Source: an uncultured virus (IMG/VR IMGVR_UViG_3300035180_001708) (taxonomy: Duplodnaviria; Heunggongvirae; Uroviricota; Caudoviricetes). From it: DNA of 64,000 nucleotides. A program made the position numbers and the translations under genes. This document shows positions 59,266 through 64,000 of this stretch, in pieces; the stretch's first letter is position 1; each line of letters starts with the position of its first letter. The stretch lies in the IMG/VR virus record IMGVR_UViG_3300035180_001708. One strand, given 5' to 3'. The notes below the pieces were generated by a model. It ran no database searches. It was not told where the DNA came from and saw nothing but the letters and a program-made list of their open reading frames with translations.

Positions 59266-59854
59266 CAACGAAATGTCTTGGGCTCATTCCCGACTCCACA
59301 TGTCTTGGTTGAAGATGAAAGGGGTTGGTATTGTCCAGGTAGGAGAAATGACTGGCATAAACAACAAGCTGGAAACTGCGAAGATTTCTGTTGCCAACAA
59401 AGGACTGTTCTCTGGCTGGAGACAAACGACCTGGGACACTCTTGAGTATGTGCCGGGAGAGCTCGGCTACATTGGGCCGTACTATGTCGTGCGTAGTCCT
59501 CTGCGTCGAAACTTTAAACAAGGCCTCACCAGTGGGACCATGTTCATCCTTGGAGAAAAAGGAAACCTGAGTGGGTTCAGCGAAAGAATCTTCACTGACA
59601 ACGCCAAGGATGTCTCTATCTGTCTGGAAAACACTTACCGCAAGATTGATGACGTCATGGAAGAATTGGAGGAAACAGGGGAACAGCAACCGCTGTCTCG
59701 TTCCTTCTGCCTGAGTGGTGACTACAAGCTGAAGTACAAGGAGATTCCTATCGGTCGACTGACTGGTAACGATAAGTTTAAACTTGAGTCAAATTTTGAC
59801 TTCTTGTCGCAAGAGCTCGGAGGAACTGTAGGCTATGAGCGTATTTCTTTCTAA
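59249..59854 (+). CDS. Hypothetical protein of the amidoligase cluster
   Basis: LGY...R.P.RR.FKQGL; coupled ORF. Confidence 0.65.
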   Translation: MKIPFNNEMSWAHSRLHMSWLKMKGVGIVQVGEMTGINNKLETAKISVANKGLFSGWRQTTWDTLEYVPGELGYIGPYYVVRSPLRRNFKQGLTSGTMFILGEKGNLSGFSERIFTDNAKDVSICLENTYRKIDDVMEELEETGEQQPLSRSFCLSGDYKLKYKEIPIGRLTGNDKFKLESNFDFLSQELGGTVGYERISF

Positions 59855-60665
59855 GGTGCTTGGCACGCACTATCGTCACACCATCCGAAAAGAACTCTAT
59901 GGTGTTGAGGTTGAAGTTGAAGGTCCTGCACCTTTCCCTGAAATGGTGGCGGGGGTTGATCCTGACAACGCGTGGTGGAATTCCAAACCCGATGGCTCTT
60001 TGCGGGGTCATTCCATGGAGTACGTGTCAGGCGTTTTTCCTGATGCATTGAAGGCAAAGAAGGAAGTTGTCAGACTCTACGACAAAATCGGAACAGTCAA
60101 CGATTCGATGAGAGCTGGTGTACACATACACTACAACGTTCAATCGTGGACAGTTCAGGAGCTGTTTACTTTCTTGTCGTTGTACTACTTGTTTGAAGAC
60201 ACGCTCTTTGTTTTCCTGGGAGAAGAACGAAAGGGCAATCTCTTTTGCCTTGACGCAAAGGAAGCCGGGTACATTCCTCATGGTTTGTATCAGTGTTTGC
60301 AGAGTGAAACCTTCGAAGCAATGCTGTTCAACAACCAAGACATGCGCTACTCCGCGCTTAACTTGTACTCGGTGAAGAAGTTTGGTTCGATTGAATTCCG
60401 AGCCTTGCGCACTCCCGTCACAGCAGCCCCCATACTGACTTGGATTGACATCATTGAGTGCCTGGTCCAGGGGGCGAAGCGATTCAACAACCCACAGGAG
60501 GTCATTGACAGCTTCTCAGCCATTGGCTTTGAAACCGTTGCCAATACGGTGTTTGGGGCGTATGCTCCGAAGATCACCAAACAACCCAATTTTGAAGACA
60601 AAATTCGTGGTTGTATCTACCTTCACCAGTTCTGGATCTATCTGAAAAAATGGAGCACCAAATAA
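59835..60665 (+). CDS. Putative amidoligase (COOH-NH2 ligase superfamily)
   Basis: YGVEVEVE, KPDGSLRG, AGVHIH, RYSALN, GSIEFR. Confidence 0.88.
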   Translation: MSVFLSKVLGTHYRHTIRKELYGVEVEVEGPAPFPEMVAGVDPDNAWWNSKPDGSLRGHSMEYVSGVFPDALKAKKEVVRLYDKIGTVNDSMRAGVHIHYNVQSWTVQELFTFLSLYYLFEDTLFVFLGEERKGNLFCLDAKEAGYIPHGLYQCLQSETFEAMLFNNQDMRYSALNLYSVKKFGSIEFRALRTPVTAAPILTWIDIIECLVQGAKRFNNPQEVIDSFSAIGFETVANTVFGAYAPKITKQPNFEDKIRGCIYLHQFWIYLKKWSTK

Positions 60666-61438
60666 TGTACATTCTTCCCTACAAAGCCGGTTCCAAGTCT
60701 GCTCTCGCGCTAGCCAAGGGCACAGAGAGTCTCTTGATTCGTCTTGAAGGCTCCAAGTTCAAACCGAGTGCCAAGAAGCTTGTTCTGAACTGGGGCTCCA
60801 GCTCGCTGCCTGCTCACTGGGAAGGAACAGGGGTGAAGGTCATCAACCACCCCAACAAGACTTCCCGAGCTACCAACAAGAAGACCTTCTTTGAAGACAT
60901 GGCAGCTGCAGGGGTTTCTATTCCTCGCTTCACGACTGACAAGGAAGTTGCTCGTTCCTATTTTGATACAGGAGCAAAGATGGTGTTTGCTCGCACTGTG
61001 TTGAATGGGCACAGCGGTGTTGGTATTGTTGTTGTGAACAGCAAGGAAGAGCTCGATGCAATTGCTCCTGGAACGCTGTTGGTGGAGTATATTCCCAAGC
61101 GGCATGAATACCGCATCCACACCAAGGGTGATGGCACCGTGTTCTCGATTCAACAAAAAAAGAGGGACATGGACATCCCTGAGGACAAGGTGAACTTCAA
61201 GATTCGGAACCATGACAATGGTTTCATCTTTGCTCGAAATGACATTGATGTTCCCCCGAATGTTCTTGAAGAAGCGTCCAAGGCAGCCAAGGCTTCTGGT
61301 CTTGACTTTGGAGCCTTTGACATTATCTACAATGAGAGGAAAAAACAACCTTTTGTTCTTGAAGCAAACACCGCCCCTGGCTTGTCGGGGACCACGGTGA
61401 ATGACTATATTACCATGATTGGAGCAATTGCTGTATGA
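60665..61438 (+). CDS. ATP-grasp peptide/amide ligase (RimK-like)
   Basis: NWG, NK..F, GHSGVGI, EYRIH, RNHDNG, GLDFGAFDI, LEANTAPGL. Confidence 0.9.
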   Translation: MYILPYKAGSKSALALAKGTESLLIRLEGSKFKPSAKKLVLNWGSSSLPAHWEGTGVKVINHPNKTSRATNKKTFFEDMAAAGVSIPRFTTDKEVARSYFDTGAKMVFARTVLNGHSGVGIVVVNSKEELDAIAPGTLLVEYIPKRHEYRIHTKGDGTVFSIQQKKRDMDIPEDKVNFKIRNHDNGFIFARNDIDVPPNVLEEASKAAKASGLDFGAFDIIYNERKKQPFVLEANTAPGLSGTTVNDYITMIGAIAV

Positions 61439-62310
61439 GTAAAAGCTACGAAATTATGGCGGCCCTGACACCTCTGCGATACCTCGGTTCACCATTTTCA
61501 AGCAAGATCAAGGCTGGTCGTGAAGTGGATTGTATCAAGGCTGCAAAGGAGAGCGCTGAGTATTACGATGCTCACTTTGGCCGCAGAATTGAACCGGAAC
61601 AATTTGCGGAAGTTTGTACTGATCTGAAAATGTTTCTGAACTACGCAGCACAATTGTCAGTTCAAGTAGGGCTCAGTGAGTCCCCCCGAAGTATGGTGCT
61701 GCGTGCTCTCAAGGCCCAACACTTCAAGTTCTATGTGCAGGTAGTGCGGAAAGGCGCTCCTAGCTTTGTAGATAGCGGAGCACTAACTGACTACTTGCCC
61801 TCGGAAACAGATTACCCTGAAATACTATCTCAGATGGTAGATGCGATGCAAGTGGTAATCAATCTGCTGCCAACCTACCTGCCAATGGCAATTGTAGATC
61901 TCGAGGGATTGAAAACCCTGGGGGTCACAGGTTTGACACAACAAGAAAGGATTGACTACATCGTCAACAAACCTTTGTACGAGTTGTATGAAGCCTTTGA
62001 CTGGAAAGCCACCAAGAATGGATTCTATTTTTGGTGCTCAAAGTTATTGGACTACAACGAGTATGGGGCTCGCCGAGCTTTTCTGCGAGAAGCTATAAAC
62101 TTTGACTTTCACCTGGAAGAGGTGAAGCTTGCATCTGCTAGCCCCAAGAAGTTTCCAGGAGGACCAATAAAGTGGAAAGCTGCCACTGACCCTGCTCCTG
62201 CAGATGATTTCTGGAATGCAGGGATTGGCGCACAAGAAGAAGGCCCGGTCCATATGGCTGATGTGCCTGCAGCCAACAATATTGTACTGAACCCCGGCGA
62301 GGAGTTCTAA
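61435..62310 (+). CDS. Hypothetical protein
   Basis: 291-aa ORF, ATGA coupled, ends at terminator. Confidence 0.65.
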   Translation: MSKSYEIMAALTPLRYLGSPFSSKIKAGREVDCIKAAKESAEYYDAHFGRRIEPEQFAEVCTDLKMFLNYAAQLSVQVGLSESPRSMVLRALKAQHFKFYVQVVRKGAPSFVDSGALTDYLPSETDYPEILSQMVDAMQVVINLLPTYLPMAIVDLEGLKTLGVTGLTQQERIDYIVNKPLYELYEAFDWKATKNGFYFWCSKLLDYNEYGARRAFLREAINFDFHLEEVKLASASPKKFPGGPIKWKAATDPAPADDFWNAGIGAQEEGPVHMADVPAANNIVLNPGEEF

Positions 62311-62364
62311 AAAAAAAGGACCCTTCTGGCATTACGCCGGAGGGGTCCACTTTCTTTTTTTTTT
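62309..62364. terminator. Bidirectional intrinsic terminator
   Basis: A-tract, GGACCCTTCTGGC-ATTAC-GCCGGAGGGGTCC, long T-tract, between convergent operons. Confidence 0.9.
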
Positions 62365-62368
62365 CTGA

Positions 62369-62590
62369 TCAACAACCAGCATCAAAACCGGAGATTAGTT
62401 TCTCTCCAGCAACAACAGACACAGGGCCTCCATCTACCAGGAGAGCGTCATTCAAGTTGTCAATCAAGGGTGACAATCCGTCACAAACACCACGTTCAGT
62501 TACTACCGGGCTTATTTTTACGAGCGGCTTGCCTTGCTCGCAGGCGCTCAAGAGCAACGGCAGTACTGTTAGGAACACTAGTAGCTTCAT
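62369..62590 (-). CDS. o-spanin (Rz1-like lipoprotein)
   Basis: MKLLVFLTVLPLLLSA-C lipobox; overlaps upstream gene in a different frame. Confidence 0.75.
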   Translation of the reverse strand: MKLLVFLTVLPLLLSACEQGKPLVKISPVVTERGVCDGLSPLIDNLNDALLVDGGPVSVVAGEKLISGFDAGC

Positions 62591-62693
62591 TGATTCTCTC
62601 CTTGGTCTTGTCAGCCTTTGCAGAGGCAAAAATACTAAGCAACTTGTAGAGACTATCTACAATTGCAGACAAAATAGACACAAAATTAATCAT
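62496..62693 (-). CDS. i-spanin (Rz-like), unusually short
   Basis: N-terminal hydrophobic segment plus helical charged tail; in lysis cassette. Confidence 0.6.
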   Translation of the reverse strand: MINFVSILSAIVDSLYKLLSIFASAKADKTKERINEATSVPNSTAVALERLRARQAARKNKPGSN

Positions 62694-62857
62694 TGCTTCT
62701 TTTCCTGTTTAGTCCACCAGTCAGCTCCAAAAGCAGCACCAGCAAAGGTTGTAAAGGGCCAAGCAACGATTTTCAAGGCCTCTAGGTGATTATACCAGAG
62801 CAGTACTCCAAGAGTCAAGAGGAGTACCGATGCAATTTCACGTTTCCAAGTTTTCAT
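62690..62857 (-). CDS. Putative holin (55 aa)
   Basis: Below ORF cutoff: MKTWKREIASVLLLTLGVLLWYNHLEALKIVAWPFTTFAGAAFGADWWTKQEKKQ; ATGA overlaps on both sides. Confidence 0.65.
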   Translation of the reverse strand: MKTWKREIASVLLLTLGVLLWYNHLEALKIVAWPFTTFAGAAFGADWWTKQEKKQ

Positions 62858-63327
62858 TTAATCAACTCAAAATGTGGCCAATCATTAAAGTCAGAACCAG
62901 GATGTTTCAAGTTGTAACGTAGAGGTGCTGCCTTGATATCCGAAAGAGAAGAGCCATAGTCTCTCATGTCTTCGTACCAGTTACCACCCCAAATCAAACC
63001 GAGATCAAGGTGTTTAGCTGCCAGAGACATGGCGACAGCAATGGTCAACTGCCTCGGAATAGAGTTTACGTCAAAGCCTGAGCCTGCTACGTAGGGAGTT
63101 AGATCAACTGCTCTACCTGATTGATGGTTAGATTTTTTGTTGTAGCCATCCAATTGTGACAAGCCTCGTTTAAACAACTGGTTTTGATAGGCTGCTGTTC
63201 GGTAGGCTACATCAGTAACACCAAAATCTTGAGTGCTAACAGACAAAGCGTACTTTACAAGATCAATCATACGAGGATCAACTCCACGAAGGTTTTCTAG
63301 TGAACGAGTACTCAGTGTGTAAGGCAT
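62854..63327 (-). CDS. Endolysin, M15 L-Ala-D-Glu peptidase family
   Basis: LSTRSLENLRGVDP, YRT...Q, SNHQSGRAVDL, WGGNW, DWPHFEL. Confidence 0.92.
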   Translation of the reverse strand: MPYTLSTRSLENLRGVDPRMIDLVKYALSVSTQDFGVTDVAYRTAAYQNQLFKRGLSQLDGYNKKSNHQSGRAVDLTPYVAGSGFDVNSIPRQLTIAVAMSLAAKHLDLGLIWGGNWYEDMRDYGSSLSDIKAAPLRYNLKHPGSDFNDWPHFELIK

Positions 63328-63749
63328 TAGCTGACTCCTAGAACAGTCAAGACTGTTTGTTTGTCAAGAGAAAGACTTTCAATTACGTCATCAAACAACG
63401 CAGAGGTGCAGTCTACTTCAGACAACACAAACCATTCTATTTCATTTTCAAAACAAGTAGTTGGGTCTGGGTTAGTTGAGCTATAGCCGTTCAGAACAAG
63501 AGAGTAAGCTACTTCTCGGGAAATTAGCGCGTTGTAGAAAAGTGTCTTGACAAAGTCTACTTTTTTTACCTTGTGTTGTAAAGAGGTAACAGGCGCGCCT
63601 GAGTTGACCCAACCAGAAGTGGACCAGACTTGATCTCCAACAGGTTCAGGGACTTCAATTGCTCCTTCAGGTGGTTCGGCCCCGTCAATAAAGGCTCCGA
63701 GCAAGTTGCCTTGGTCATCTTTATAAAATTTAACTGACATTACAGCCAA
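63327..63749 (-). CDS. Tail-fibre assembly/chaperone-like protein
   Basis: PPEGAIEVPEP..DQVW..SGW; follows a fibre-like C-terminus. Confidence 0.5.
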   Translation of the reverse strand: MAVMSVKFYKDDQGNLLGAFIDGAEPPEGAIEVPEPVGDQVWSTSGWVNSGAPVTSLQHKVKKVDFVKTLFYNALISREVAYSLVLNGYSSTNPDPTTCFENEIEWFVLSEVDCTSALFDDVIESLSLDKQTVLTVLGVS

Positions 63750-64000
63750 GCCCTCACAATCAAGTTCCAGTAGTTCTTATCAAAGCCCATTGTGCTACCA
63801 GCTGGTGCGTAGGTAGTTGCTGGGTAAGTAGCAGAAAGTTTTAGATAAATGTTAGTGTCGTCTGCAAACATACCAAAAGTCAAGGTAGTAAGGTGAAACT
63901 GAACTTCGGTACCAACTGTAAAACCATAGGTTCCTATTTTACAAATAAAACTACCATTCAGCAGCAAGGGTACATCACCAAGCCCGTGAGCAAAAGTGTA
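63740..64000 (-). CDS. C-terminal end of a probable tail fibre (partial)
   Basis: Frame continues upstream (..TFAHGLGDVPLL..) and ends WNLIVRAWL. Confidence 0.5.
   Translation of the reverse strand, partial: YTFAHGLGDVPLLLNGSFICKIGTYGFTVGTEVQFHLTTLTFGMFADDTNIYLKLSATYPATTYAPAGSTMGFDKNYWNLIVRAWL

Noticed and set aside
1..64000. CRISPR array, tRNA genes, integrase, IS elements
   Set aside because: No regularly spaced repeats, cloverleafs or recombinase/transposase motifs seen by eye; a tRNAscan run would be needed to exclude tRNAs fully

Overview
The whole window is dsDNA tailed-phage DNA with no host housekeeping block, integrase, tRNA or CRISPR array visible, so it is probably most of a lytic genome. 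Leftward late genes at 1-10.3 kb: PhoH, portal, a 1504-aa protein, BppU-like adaptor, beta-helix tailspike. Rightward early/accessory genes at 10.5-34.7 kb: many small ORFs, two COOH-NH2 ligase-like genes, a HAD/MazG-like fusion, a minimal class II aaRS-like protein, a TAXI-like protein, and a Prs-like + NAMPT-like (NARP1-type) pair. A leftward terminase island at 34.7-37.8 kb. A rightward transcription/replication block at 37.9-55.7 kb: T7-like RNAP, SSB, PolA, exonuclease, primase-helicase, class I RNR. A phiEco32-like amidoligase/GATase/ATP-grasp cluster at 55.7-62.3 kb, then a leftward lysis cassette. The most striking signal is a candidate two-polymerase transcription system. A MuF/SPP1-gp7 head-protein domain is fused to a T7-family RNA polymerase with its catalytic motifs, next to the portal (candidate packaged/ejected RNAP). 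A second stand-alone T7-family RNAP lies at 38.6 kb. Two distinct repeated promoter-like motifs are readable in the DNA: AACTGAG-N9-GTATCTATAA before early genes, and CCTCTTAGCTATAAAG before late/middle genes. All family calls come from motif recognition by eye, not from database searches, so novelty is unverified.
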